Assembly (NCBI GenBank): GCA_964598745.1
Contig: CAZRCV010000001.1
Location: forward strand, 1-63,052
DNA: 63,052 nucleotides
Reading direction: 5' to 3'
Source: an uncultured Methanosarcinales archaeon
GTDB taxonomy: Archaea > Nanobdellota > Nanobdellia > Woesearchaeales > GW2011-AR9
Part shown: piece after piece, positions 36,632-46,678 of the stretch
Layout of the letters: every line of letters begins with the position of its first letter
Numbering within the stretch: the stretch's first letter is position 1
Notes under the pieces: model-generated
Told to the model about the DNA's origin: nothing
Databases searched by the model: none
What the model saw: only the letters and a program-made list of their open reading frames with translations
Position numbers and translations under genes: made by a program

Positions 36632-37399
36632 ATGCCGTTTATGCCCTCTTTCTGGAAACATGTAAATTTGGTGTTGCAAGGAGCTGAAATTGTTATTGAA
36701 GTTCTCGATGCCAGGATGGTAGAAGAAACCAGAAACAAGGAAATAGAAGATAAAATAACTAGATTAGGTAAAAAAATTATTTATGCGATAACCAAATCAG
36801 ATTTGGTGGATAAACAAGAGAGCGAGTCTTGGAAAAGAAGGCTGAACCCTTGCGTGTTTATTTCGGGAAAAGACCGCACCGGTACAACTATCCTAAAAAA
36901 GAAAATTCTGGAAATTTCCAGAGGCCAAAACGTAATCGTAGGGGTGGTAGGGTACCCCAATGTTGGTAAATCATCATTAATTAATGCTTTAGCTGGAAGA
37001 CACAAGACCAGAACTTCTACTGAAAGCGGCTATACTAAAGGCTTACAGAAAGTCAGGGTTGGCCCTAAAATAACTTTACTGGATACTCCTGGTGTTTTTC
37101 CGAACCTAGAAAAAGACTTGTTGAAACATGGTAAAATTGGCGCCATTGATTATTCTAAAATAAAAGATCCAGAATTAGCAGCATTACAATTGATTAATGA
37201 TGAAAAAAAATTAGTATTGTCTTATTATCAAGTAACTGATGGTGATCCTGAACAAATTCTAGAACAGATAGCTATAAAACACCACCGGCTGCGCAAGGGC
37301 CAGGAAGCAGACCTGGAAGCTACAGCTAGGTTGGTGTTAAAAGATTGGCAGACCGGAAGAATCAACTTGAAAGCTGTGCAAACCAGTAAACTTAAATAG
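36632..37399 (+). CDS. Circularly permuted GTPase of the YlqF/YawG (RbgA/Nug1-like) family
   Basis: Motif order G4 (TKSDL), then G1 (GYPNVGKSSLIN), then G3 (DTPG). N-terminal EVLDARM motif. Confidence 0.8.
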   Translation: MPFMPSFWKHVNLVLQGAEIVIEVLDARMVEETRNKEIEDKITRLGKKIIYAITKSDLVDKQESESWKRRLNPCVFISGKDRTGTTILKKKILEISRGQNVIVGVVGYPNVGKSSLINALAGRHKTRTSTESGYTKGLQKVRVGPKITLLDTPGVFPNLEKDLLKHGKIGAIDYSKIKDPELAALQLINDEKKLVLSYYQVTDGDPEQILEQIAIKHHRLRKGQEADLEATARLVLKDWQTGRINLKAVQTSKLK

Positions 37400-37434
37400 C
37401 TTTTTGTTCTTTTCGGCTAAGGAGGTGAACATTT

Positions 37435-37824
37435 ATGGGAAAATTAGAACCGTTGATTAACCAAGCCGGGTCGGCATTCTACTTGATATTCAGATTGCTA
37501 GTTGGGCTGTTATTCTTCCTTCATGGATGGAGCAAATTCTCTGGACAACAAGCTCCAATGGGGTTGATATTAGTAGCGGGCATTATCGAGTTAGCAGCAG
37601 GAATTGGCATTTTCTTAGGCTTGCTTACCCGTGGACTGGCCTTGATCGCAGCCATTCAAATGATTGTTGCTTATTTCAAAGTACATGTCGGCCAAGGTTG
37701 GAATCCATTAGTAAACGGAGGAGAATTAGCGCTAATGTTTTTAGCAGCTTTCCTAATATTGCTCATTTACGGAGCACAAAAATGGAGCCTAGAAACAAAG
37801 TTGCTTAAGAAAGAACTATTTTAA
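37435..37824 (+). CDS. DoxX-family membrane protein
   Basis: AGGAGGTGA SD 6 nt upstream. Four-TM protein with RLLVGLLFFLHGWSKF, typical of DoxX. Confidence 0.7.
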   Translation: MGKLEPLINQAGSAFYLIFRLLVGLLFFLHGWSKFSGQQAPMGLILVAGIIELAAGIGIFLGLLTRGLALIAAIQMIVAYFKVHVGQGWNPLVNGGELALMFLAAFLILLIYGAQKWSLETKLLKKELF

Positions 37825-37852
37825 TTATAGTAATTTACTATAATCTTTTTTT

Positions 37853-40054
37853 TTAATTTTTTAGATTAAGGTCTTCATAATCTTTCTCAAAAATGCCAAT
37901 TAGTTTCTGAGCCATAATTTCACCTACTCCCGGGGTTTGCAGTAAATCTTCCCTAGAAGCATTAGTTAAATTTCTTATAGATTTAAACTTTTTAAGCAAG
38001 TTTCGAGCAGTAACCATGCCTATCATTGGCAAGGAAGAAACAATGAACTCCTGCTGTTCACGAATGGATAATGGTTTTTTCTCCGGATAAAAAAAATTCT
38101 GGCTCTGGCCTTGTTCTCTTTTAGCCATGATAGCTAATAGTGCTGCTGTATCTTTTGGGTTCTTAGTATAAAGTACCGGTACCTTAAAATCTAAGGTAAT
38201 AGAAGCCAGCATACCACGTATAGCATTAGCATGTACCTTCCTAACAGTATAGATATCTTCTTCTCCTTCTACAACTAGGATTGCTTTATCAAAATTAGTT
38301 TTAAGATCTTTTACTTGATGAAGTAATCGACCGTCAACTATAGAATTTACAAAGTCTGTAATTGTTTTTAGTTCTACACCTACTTTTTCAGATAAAATGT
38401 AATCGGCAGAATTAAGTTGAGCCGTCTTTACACTTATCCCCAGCTCTATTAATTCCTTAACTATTCTGTTATCTTTCTCCCGGTGGTCGGCTAAAATAGC
38501 TACTACTTGATCTTTAGGAATAAAGCGATTTAATGAGTTATCTGTAACCGGCTTTTCTAAAACTAAATCTGTTTTTATTTTCTCTAAATTAGAATACATT
38601 CTTTTTTCCTTGTGATGAGAGACCCAGCGATATATTTCATCTCGCGTTCCTTCAGTTACTAACACTGTAACTTGTCCGCCTTGTAACCTTCCTGTTCTGC
38701 CACGCCGCTGGATAGCTCTAATAGCGCTAGGTATTGGTTCGTAGAAAATAACTTCTTCGACTTTAGGAATATCCAATCCTTCTTCTGCTACAGAAGTAGC
38801 TACCAACACTCTAAATTCACCTTGGCGAAAACGATCTAAAATTTGTTTTTGCTCTTTCTGAGAAAAACCCAGGCCGTTCTTCCTAGTTTGTCCGACAAAA
38901 ATATGGCTAGTTATTTTTATCTCAGACAGAACCTTGATAATTTGTTCAGCCGAATCGCGAAACTGTGTGAAGATAATAGTTTTACTATCTCCATTGCTTT
39001 CGGCCATAATCTGCTTTAGTTTAATTAATTTAGGATGCTGTAAATTAGAATCAGCCAACGCGGTAGTGGAGTGAACTGCTAATTTAAAATTAGCATCCAA
39101 ACTGAGATTTTTAGCCGCTTTAGTTTTGGAATTAACTGCTTCTAACTGAAGTTTTTTAAAGTAAGAATCTAATGGCTTAATACCTTGTGTTTCTAGCAAT
39201 TCAATAGCATGATCAACTTTCAAAGCTTCGGCAATTAATGATAACGATCTTAATAATTCAAAATCACGATAACCGCTATTAAGCTTTTTTTGCAAATCTC
39301 TTTGTAATAATAATAGTTGCCCTTTAGTTAATTCCAGATTATTGCAATAACCTAAATTCTTAGCTTCGATTAACTTGCTTTTTTTACAATTAAGTAACTG
39401 TTGCTGAATAACCTTTAATTGGGACGGGAAAGCTACTTTTTGCCAATTAATTTTAACTTTTTGTAAATAATCCTTAACATCAGGATCTTTTTCGGTTCTA
39501 ACTTCTACTTTTTCAATCTGCAAATTTTTACATATTTCTTTAATCTGTTCTAAATCGCTGCCAGGAGAAGCAGTAAGTGCCAGAATTCGGGAATACTTGC
39601 TTAGTCCAGCATATTGACGAGCTAACCAGACATAAGCATAATCTCCCGTAGCATGATGGGCTTCATCAAAAACTAACAAAGAAACTTCTTGTAAATTTAT
39701 TCTTTGGTTTATTAAATCGTTCTGCAATCCCTGGGGCGTAGAAATAATAACTTTACCAGATTTCCATAGTTCAGCTCGGCGTTCTGGTTTGACATCTCCA
39801 GTAAACAAAGTAAAACTTTCTTCAGGCAAGTCTAAATGATTTTTAAAAGTAAGCCAATGTTGCTCACAGAGTGGTTTAGTTGGAGCTAGTATTAATACCT
39901 TCGAATTTGGATAGTGGTTAAAACGTTGAGCTGCTAACAGAAAAGCTATGGCTGTTTTGCCTAAACCTGTAGGTAAGACTACTAACGTATTATAACGGGC
40001 AGCAGTGCCTAAAATGGTCTGTTGGTATAACCTAGGTTGAAAATTTTTAATCAC
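37853..40054 (-). CDS. hef: Hef-type helicase/nuclease (SF2 helicase fused to ERCC4/XPF nuclease and HhH2)
   Basis: Walker A PTGLGKT, DEAH box VFDEAHHA, motif VI QRRGRTGR. C-terminal ERCC4 motif ADHREK..GVELKTITDF..DGRL and terminal (HhH)2. Confidence 0.85.
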   Translation of the reverse strand: MIKNFQPRLYQQTILGTAARYNTLVVLPTGLGKTAIAFLLAAQRFNHYPNSKVLILAPTKPLCEQHWLTFKNHLDLPEESFTLFTGDVKPERRAELWKSGKVIISTPQGLQNDLINQRINLQEVSLLVFDEAHHATGDYAYVWLARQYAGLSKYSRILALTASPGSDLEQIKEICKNLQIEKVEVRTEKDPDVKDYLQKVKINWQKVAFPSQLKVIQQQLLNCKKSKLIEAKNLGYCNNLELTKGQLLLLQRDLQKKLNSGYRDFELLRSLSLIAEALKVDHAIELLETQGIKPLDSYFKKLQLEAVNSKTKAAKNLSLDANFKLAVHSTTALADSNLQHPKLIKLKQIMAESNGDSKTIIFTQFRDSAEQIIKVLSEIKITSHIFVGQTRKNGLGFSQKEQKQILDRFRQGEFRVLVATSVAEEGLDIPKVEEVIFYEPIPSAIRAIQRRGRTGRLQGGQVTVLVTEGTRDEIYRWVSHHKEKRMYSNLEKIKTDLVLEKPVTDNSLNRFIPKDQVVAILADHREKDNRIVKELIELGISVKTAQLNSADYILSEKVGVELKTITDFVNSIVDGRLLHQVKDLKTNFDKAILVVEGEEDIYTVRKVHANAIRGMLASITLDFKVPVLYTKNPKDTAALLAIMAKREQGQSQNFFYPEKKPLSIREQQEFIVSSLPMIGMVTARNLLKKFKSIRNLTNASREDLLQTPGVGEIMAQKLIGIFEKDYEDLNLKN

Positions 40055-40174
40055 CTAACCTCTGTATAACAATCCTTTAAATATTTTTACTGCACTGTTG
40101 TCTAGTGGCAAGTGCTTAAATTGGGGAGATTAGTACAGTTAACCCTGAACCAAACTGCTTTGAGAAACCCATTA

Positions 40175-40492
40175 TTACTTAGGCAAATTTTGCTTTCCAG
40201 TTATAGTAAGAATATGTTCTTCTGGTTGCAGAATAGAAACTTCTTCCAAATTATTAATAACGATATCATTGCCTAACAAATAGTAAGAGATGTTACGAAG
40301 TTCGCGAATCCTAACCTTCTCAATATCCTTAACTTCTATCACTTCAAACGGAGCTTGCCCTTTAAGGTGAGGATTATTTTCATTGAACAAACCAATAAAG
40401 GCTGTTTTAAAGCTATTTTCATCCTTTCCCGGCTTGCGGCTGATGGTAATACTCTTAGCCCTAAATTTTTTATTAAGAAGCTTTTTAACCAT
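40175..40492 (-). CDS. Hypothetical protein (105 aa)
   Basis: ATG ORF, 4 nt after the stop of the upstream membrane ORF. No family recognised. Confidence 0.4.
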   Translation of the reverse strand: MVKKLLNKKFRAKSITISRKPGKDENSFKTAFIGLFNENNPHLKGQAPFEVIEVKDIEKVRIRELRNISYYLLGNDIVINNLEEVSILQPEEHILTITGKQNLPK

Positions 40493-40496
40493 AAAC

Positions 40497-40829
40497 TTAT
40501 TTAAGAAAGTCTGGGCTTTTAAAATTTCCTACTATTTTTTTAAAATGAAGATAAAAAGAGATAGCTGCGCCAAAAGCAAAAACAGCAAAACCATATAATT
40601 GAGAAAATGGCGCCAGCCAGATAGTTATTAATGCCAGTAAGACTAATGATACCGAAAAATAATATCTTTTGGATCGGTTAAGATAAACTGCCCTTCCGTT
40701 GATTATGCCTAGCAACAACAACAAAAAATAAAAACTAACAGTTAACCTAAAGGTTACTGCAATTAATAAAACTATTACAAAAAACAACAAGATTAAAAAT
40801 TCGGTGGTTCTACGCGTTATTAGGCTCAT
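40497..40829 (-). CDS. Hypothetical three/four-TM membrane protein (110 aa)
   Basis: 4-nt ATGA-type overlap with the upstream ORF (40826..41563). Strongly hydrophobic. Confidence 0.4.
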   Translation of the reverse strand: MSLITRRTTEFLILLFFVIVLLIAVTFRLTVSFYFLLLLLGIINGRAVYLNRSKRYYFSVSLVLLALITIWLAPFSQLYGFAVFAFGAAISFYLHFKKIVGNFKSPDFLK

Positions 40830-41563
40830 TTTTCTGAACTTTTAAGCATTCTTGTTATTACAATCAGGGTAATGATAATAATAGCTAAAATTAACCCGAT
40901 TCTTGTTTTGGAAATCAGCAATAGCCAATATATAGCCGTTAAACCTAAGTAAAAAAAATAGTTAATCCTATCACCAAAGAACAGATTTAAACCGTCCATC
41001 TGTTTGATAGGAACCAATGAACATATAGCCATAACCAAGTTCAACAGCAGAGCTTGCCCTAAGAGATAGCTGTCAGGCACAAAATACCAGCCAATAGCTG
41101 AAAGTGTAGCCAAGGAAAGATTAGAAATTATACCTGTTGAAGCTATGGATGCATTATCAGTATAGGAAAAACCATACCTGAATTCACCCAATCGCTGCTT
41201 AACTATGAAGGTATTAGTTATAGTTCCGATTAACACCAGAGGAATTCTACCCGCAGAAATAACTGCAAAAACCAGTGCTGCTGCCAACCCGGACCACCAC
41301 GGCTTAAATTCGCCGCGATACCCTTCGTTAAGGCCCTTAATTTTTTGTGCTGATAATTTTACTAAAATTGTAACCAAAACAACAAGGCCAGTAACAAATA
41401 AATTTCTTATCCCTGTAGTAGCATTAAACTGTCCTATCCCCCAGTCGCGGAAGGAGAATACAAACGCAGTTACTAGTACTACTGCTACCAGGCCAAATAA
41501 TTCCCCTTTGTCAAACTTAAAAAATTCCTGTACCTGGGCTAATTTTTCTTGCCGACTGACCAT
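40826..41563 (-). CDS. Polytopic membrane protein, M50 (site-2 protease)-like but lacking HExxH
   Basis: LLNLVMAICSLVPIKQMDGLNLF resembles the NLxxAxxNLLPxxPLDGG motif of S2P peptidases. VKLSAQ sits where HExxH would be expected. Confidence 0.4.
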   Translation of the reverse strand: MVSRQEKLAQVQEFFKFDKGELFGLVAVVLVTAFVFSFRDWGIGQFNATTGIRNLFVTGLVVLVTILVKLSAQKIKGLNEGYRGEFKPWWSGLAAALVFAVISAGRIPLVLIGTITNTFIVKQRLGEFRYGFSYTDNASIASTGIISNLSLATLSAIGWYFVPDSYLLGQALLLNLVMAICSLVPIKQMDGLNLFFGDRINYFFYLGLTAIYWLLLISKTRIGLILAIIIITLIVITRMLKSSEK

Positions 41564-41601
41564 AAAACTACAAGAAGCTAAGGAATATATAAAAGATTCT
41601 G

Positions 41602-42834
41602 TTATTTAGAAAAGGTGGTTTGAATCCTGCCTTTATATTGAGATCCCAAAGAAGCAGAACCATAAGATCTGTTCACTCCGCTAGGAAAGAAAAATACTTG
41701 TCCATAGCCAACTACATCGCCGGGATAGATAGTTCTGCCAGTCAACCATTTAGGCTGACGGGAAAAACCACCGCTATATCCTGGATCCACCCAACCATCA
41801 GTAAGGCCCAATAAACCAACATTGGAAATAATCCGATCAGGCCTATCCACTGGAGCATACCTTCCGCCAGAATTTTCTACCACCACATTAGCTAAATTGT
41901 CCCAAAATAGTATGCCCACATGTTCAGACAATTCTAATTGTTCTAGTGTTTCAATAATGACGTGCTCAAAAGGTTTTACAGTATAGCCTCTAGAAATATC
42001 GATTGGTTCCAATAAATCTTCCTTAGCATATTTATCCCTGTCAGAAAAATCTAGGCCTCCAGCAATTTTTTTCATCCTATAAGCAGTTGAACTAGCGTGA
42101 ACAGTAATTTTCCCTTGTCTAGTTGTTAGGCGAGGTGAAACAACCATATATTCTGACTGTTGCAGATAATTAAGATAATGGCTAATGGTTATCTCTACAC
42201 CCATGGGCAAAGCTCTCACCCGCTCGCCTAAGGAATCAATTTTAGGTTTGGTTGAATCTAGTTCAGCTAATCTTTCATCAGCAAAAGGTTTAACTGTAAA
42301 GAATAATTGAGCTAGCCGCTCACCCGGACTAAAATGAAGATCATTACAGCTAAAATTGCCTATTTCTAAAGTGCTGCAGTCTGGGCCAGAAAAAAAGTAA
42401 GCCCCGGAATTCGCCATGAAACAGCCAAGTCGTCTTACACTGCTCCTTAACTCAGCCCTCACCCCAAAAAATTTAGCCTGCCCAGAAGAGGAAGACAATT
42501 GTCCAAAGTTTATTAGTTCAGTTAAATTAATCGTAGAGACATAACCTGATCTTAGAATAGCTTCTCCTGAAAGAAAATGCTGGTATGGGCGACCAACACT
42601 GGCGGAATTAAAAAAATCCCCAGTTAAAGGGTCCACTTCATCAACATCCTTTATTTTTACATCTAAAGATGCTGGTTGAACTCTTTTGCTATCTTTACTT
42701 GATTCCAGAGGCGGAGTAATGGAAATAAGACCAAAATCTATGGCGCTTTGAATTCCCGCATCATTTAACAGCCGCAAAGGAGAACTGCCAGATAAATCTA
42801 AGGTTTTATTTAATGGATTTAAGAAAAATCTCAT
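41602..42834 (-). CDS. dCTP deaminase-like protein with two tandem dUTPase-fold domains
   Basis: N-terminal LLNDAGIQSAIDFGLISITP..VQPASLDVKI, then STLEIGNFS..LHFSPGERLAQLFF (Glu-containing catalytic strand). The second half has GWVDPGYSG..IYPGDVVGYGQVFFF. The ATG at 42834 forms an ATGA overlap with the upstream stop. Confidence 0.6.
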   Translation of the reverse strand: MRFFLNPLNKTLDLSGSSPLRLLNDAGIQSAIDFGLISITPPLESSKDSKRVQPASLDVKIKDVDEVDPLTGDFFNSASVGRPYQHFLSGEAILRSGYVSTINLTELINFGQLSSSSGQAKFFGVRAELRSSVRRLGCFMANSGAYFFSGPDCSTLEIGNFSCNDLHFSPGERLAQLFFTVKPFADERLAELDSTKPKIDSLGERVRALPMGVEITISHYLNYLQQSEYMVVSPRLTTRQGKITVHASSTAYRMKKIAGGLDFSDRDKYAKEDLLEPIDISRGYTVKPFEHVIIETLEQLELSEHVGILFWDNLANVVVENSGGRYAPVDRPDRIISNVGLLGLTDGWVDPGYSGGFSRQPKWLTGRTIYPGDVVGYGQVFFFPSGVNRSYGSASLGSQYKGRIQTTFSK

Positions 42835-43772
42835 TTTTTCTTCATTAACCACACATTGTAACCATTATCCCCTTTTTGAACAAAAATTTTGTTAAGCAAA
42901 CTAAATTTATCCGAAACGAATAATTCCCAACCGGGCCGCCCAATAAACTGCAGTATCCCACCGGGCTTAAGGATGTAATTAATTTGATGATATACTTCGT
43001 TTAATCTTTTCTCATCTTTAGAAGTAACGTAAAAAATGCAAAAATCAAAATAAGATTCATTAAAATTAATATCCAGATCTTCCAAAAAACATTTTTTAAC
43101 CTCTACTTCTGTTTTAGATATCTTAACATTTTTTCTAGCTGCAGTAACGTTAGTAGATCTTTCGTCAAAAGCAAATATCTTTTGTTGAGCAAACTGCCCT
43201 GCCTCGATAGCTAGCGCTGCATCTTTACAAAAGCCGATTAATAATTTGCGATTAGGGGAAAATCCAGACTGCCGTATTAAGTGATAAGCTAAATCTCCCT
43301 TAAATTAAGCCGAATGGGGAAAAACACGATAACTGCGGTTATTGGCCTCTCGAATAGAGTTATCAATCCCCACAAAATATTCTGTTCCATTGTAGAATGC
43401 AATGACCAATAATTTGGGCTGCTTGAGATCTAAAACTGGATTAACAGGGTGTAAGAACCGAAATAGTTTTTCTGCCACTATCTTAGCTGCATTTAACCTA
43501 TTCTCTTGGCCGCTTACTCCTTCTATCAAGATCTTAAAACGAGTATTATTAGTAAATAGGCCTGCATCCAAATTATGGAAATCTAGATTCAACAAATCTT
43601 TTGTTCTGGTTACTGCTACCAGCAGCCTACGCACTGATTGCAGATTTAATTGGTTGTCAGAAATAAACTCCAAAACATTTTTTTCCACCAAGGGATTAAT
43701 ATTTATCTTCTCTTTAATTTCCAATGCCGCTGTAGGTTCAAGTCCGTCGTTGACTAAAGCAAAAAATTTCAT
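42831..43772 (-). pseudogene. THUMP-domain RNA methyltransferase (Trm14/COG0116-like) interrupted by one in-frame TAA
   Basis: ORFs 43305..43772 (THUMP-like, ending ..RSYRVFPHSA*) and 42831..43304 are in the same frame, with a single TAA at 43305-43307. Hand translation continues FKGDLAYHLI..LLIGFCKDAALAIEAG..ILKPGGIL (class I MTase fold). The motif I glycines are degenerate. Confidence 0.6.
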
Positions 43773-43918
43773 ATTGCATTAAAATTAATTGTATTTTATA
43801 AAATAGTTCTAGAAAAGTTTATAACTTTGTTTAAATAAGTTAGGTTATGCCTCTTTTTCAAAAAGAAGAAAGAATTCTTAACTTGATAAAGATCCACCCC
43901 GACAACGTATAACCGCGT

Positions 43919-46546
43919 TCAAACTCCTGGACTAAGTTTATCATCGCTTTGTATCTTCTCTAAATGTTCGTCAACAACTTTTTCACTTTCTGAACCTGAG
44001 CTAGGCTGTGATTGTTCTGAACTAGGCAAATTTAAATTCGTAACAGAATTAGGCTCATCAAAATTACTGCCATCAGTAGGACTAAAACTACCCCGAGTTA
44101 ATTCTAAAGGAACTTCTTCATCAACAACTATTGCTGCGGCAGCCAATTTATCACCTGGGCTTAATCTAATAACGCGGACGCCTTGAGTGGCCCTGCCAAT
44201 TAAAGAAATTTCTGAACAACGAACCCGGATGGCAATTCCCTTTTCAGTAACTAGCATCAGCCCCTCTGAACCATTAACTAATTTAATAGCTTTAACTGGC
44301 CCATTCTTTTCTGTTATTTTGATATTAGTTACGCCTCTTCCACCACGATTGCAAAGCCGATAATCCTCCACTGAAGTTCGTTTTCCATAACCATTTTCTG
44401 TTAAGGTTAACACCTGTTTAGTTTGTTCAGCGGTAATCATGCCTATCACCTCATCCTCTTTGGTTAAGCGAATACCTCTTACTCCGCCTGCGGTACGTCC
44501 CATAGTTCGCACCATTTGTTCATTAAAGCGATTGGCATAACCATTTTTGGTAGCTAAAATTATCTCCTCATTGCCAGAAGTGTATTTAACACTAACTAGT
44601 GTATCCTGATTTTCTAAAGTTATGGCTCTGATTCCTCCTTTTCTAGGATGAGAAAATTCTAGCAGGCTTGTCTTTTTAACTGTGCCGCGCTTGGTAGCCA
44701 TAAACAAATTGCCTTCCTTAAAATTAAGGACTGGAATAACTGCTGAAATTTGTTCGCCTTCTTCTAGTTCCAGTACATTAGAAACATGTTTTCCTTTAGC
44801 TTGCCTGCTACCTTCCGGAAGAGAATAAACTTTCTTCCAATAAACTTGGCCCCTGTCTGTAAAAAATAGTAAATAGTCATGAGTTGAAGTAATGTAAAGG
44901 CTCTTAACAAAATCCTCCTCATTAATTCCCGCTGCTTTAACGCCTTTTCCACCACGGCTTTGTGTTTTATATGTATCAAGGGGAATTCTTTTAATATAAC
45001 CAGAGTTGGTAATGGTAACTGCCATGGTAGCCTCTTCAATCAATTCTTCCATATCGACTTCTTCATCATCGTCATTAGGCACAATCGTCGATCTACGAAC
45101 ATCGCCATAACTTAGTTTTAATTCTGATAACTCTTCCTTGATTAAAGAAAGAACTTTTGCTACAGAACCAAGAATCTCTAAATAATAATTAATCCTTTCT
45201 AGAAGTTCAGTATGTTCCATTTTAATCTTTTCTTGTTCCAAGGAAGCCAACTTTTGCAGCCGCAGTTCTAGGATAGCTTTAACTTGGGTTTCAGATAAAG
45301 AATAATTTTGCATTAAAAACCTGGCTGCGTCCTCCACAGTTCGAGAATTTCTGATTCCGGGAATGACTTGATCTAAATTTGCGAGAGCTACCAATAATCC
45401 TTCCAATACTTGAACCCGCTTCTGGGCTTGCTCTAATTCATATTTAGTTCTTCGGACAATCACTGTTTTACGGTGGTCAATGTGAGCCTCGATAATTTGT
45501 TTAAGGCTTAGAATTTGTGGCTGTGAGTTAACCAAGGCTAACATAATTATTCCAAAAGAAACTTTCAACCGGCTAAATTTATACAGCTGATTTAGTATAA
45601 CTTGCGGATCAGTTTCTTTTTTAAGTTCTATTACAATGCGAATACCTTCCCGATCAGATTCGTCATTAATATTTTTGATCCCATCGACAGTTTTATCCTT
45701 AACCAAATCAGCAATTTGCTTAATTAGCTCCTCTTTGTTTACCTGATAAGGAATTTCAGTGACAATTATCTTATCACTAATTATTTTGCAGACCGACATT
45801 ATTGTAACTTTTCCCCGGCCATTAACATAAGCAGAAATTAAAGGCGAGCCACAACCAACTTCACCGCCAGTAGGGAAATCTGGGCCAGGGATGATTTTGA
45901 TCAATTCTTCAGTATTAATTTCTGGGTTGTCGATAGTAGCGATAATAGCATTACAGACTTCAGAAAGGTTGTGTGGCGGCAGATTAGTAGCCATTCCCAC
46001 GGCAATGCCGGAAGAGCCATTAACCAATAAATTTGGCACTAAAGAAGGCAAAACCTCTGGCTCTTTCAGCGATCCATCAAAATTATCTTTGAAATCAACA
46101 GTGTTCTTGTCTATATCTATTAATATCTCCTCAGCCAATTTTTGCAGTTTGGCCTCAGTGTAACGCATCGCTGCTGCAGAATCTCCATCAATAGACCCAA
46201 AGTTACCCTGTCCCCTAATTAATGGATAACGCAAAGAAAAGTCTTGGGCCATGCGCACTAGTGAATCATAAACTGCCGTATCACCATGAGGATGATACTT
46301 GCCTAAACAGTCTCCAACAATACGAGCGCATTTTTTGAATGGTTTGTTGCTCATAAGCCCCATTTCGTACATACTGTAAAGAATTCTTCTATGCACCGGC
46401 TTCAATCCATCGCGCACATCAGGCAAAGCCCGGCCCACAATCACCGACATGGCATAATTAATATAAGCTGTTTTCATTTCCTCTTCAATTACACGAGAAA
46501 AGATGTGATTGTTTTCAGCAGGAGGATCAGCTGGTAGAGTTGCCAT
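43919..46546 (-). CDS. gyrA: DNA gyrase subunit A
   Basis: [26 protein letters not shown], catalytic-Tyr motif [12 protein letters not shown]-terminal beta-pinwheel repeats and an acidic/Ser tail. Confidence 0.95.
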   Translation of the reverse strand: MATLPADPPAENNHIFSRVIEEEMKTAYINYAMSVIVGRALPDVRDGLKPVHRRILYSMYEMGLMSNKPFKKCARIVGDCLGKYHPHGDTAVYDSLVRMAQDFSLRYPLIRGQGNFGSIDGDSAAAMRYTEAKLQKLAEEILIDIDKNTVDFKDNFDGSLKEPEVLPSLVPNLLVNGSSGIAVGMATNLPPHNLSEVCNAIIATIDNPEINTEELIKIIPGPDFPTGGEVGCGSPLISAYVNGRGKVTIMSVCKIISDKIIVTEIPYQVNKEELIKQIADLVKDKTVDGIKNINDESDREGIRIVIELKKETDPQVILNQLYKFSRLKVSFGIIMLALVNSQPQILSLKQIIEAHIDHRKTVIVRRTKYELEQAQKRVQVLEGLLVALANLDQVIPGIRNSRTVEDAARFLMQNYSLSETQVKAILELRLQKLASLEQEKIKMEHTELLERINYYLEILGSVAKVLSLIKEELSELKLSYGDVRRSTIVPNDDDEEVDMEELIEEATMAVTITNSGYIKRIPLDTYKTQSRGGKGVKAAGINEEDFVKSLYITSTHDYLLFFTDRGQVYWKKVYSLPEGSRQAKGKHVSNVLELEEGEQISAVIPVLNFKEGNLFMATKRGTVKKTSLLEFSHPRKGGIRAITLENQDTLVSVKYTSGNEEIILATKNGYANRFNEQMVRTMGRTAGGVRGIRLTKEDEVIGMITAEQTKQVLTLTENGYGKRTSVEDYRLCNRGGRGVTNIKITEKNGPVKAIKLVNGSEGLMLVTEKGIAIRVRCSEISLIGRATQGVRVIRLSPGDKLAAAAIVVDEEVPLELTRGSFSPTDGSNFDEPNSVTNLNLPSSEQSQPSSGSESEKVVDEHLEKIQSDDKLSPGV

Positions 46547-46678
46547 TTTATAGTAAATTTAACGTAGTCTTTAACTGCCGCCAGGGTTTAATTTACCGAC
46601 GACAAAAGTCAAGAAAGCTCCTTCTTTTTTACTTTATAAATGTTATGGTGATTTTAGTTTTTCAGAACCAAGCTTACA

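Noticed and set aside
37527-37808. Alternative-frame 93-aa ORF inside the DoxX gene.
   Set aside because: Same-strand overlap with a gene that has a strong SD and a coherent four-TM translation. The alternative frame is not membrane-like and has no start signal.
43305-43307. The in-frame TAA might indicate an alternative genetic code (TAA as a sense codon).
   Set aside because: TAA clearly terminates many well-conserved genes in this window at the expected positions (e.g. uL2, Nop5-neighbour ORFs, PCNA, TrpRS). Global reassignment is therefore not tenable.
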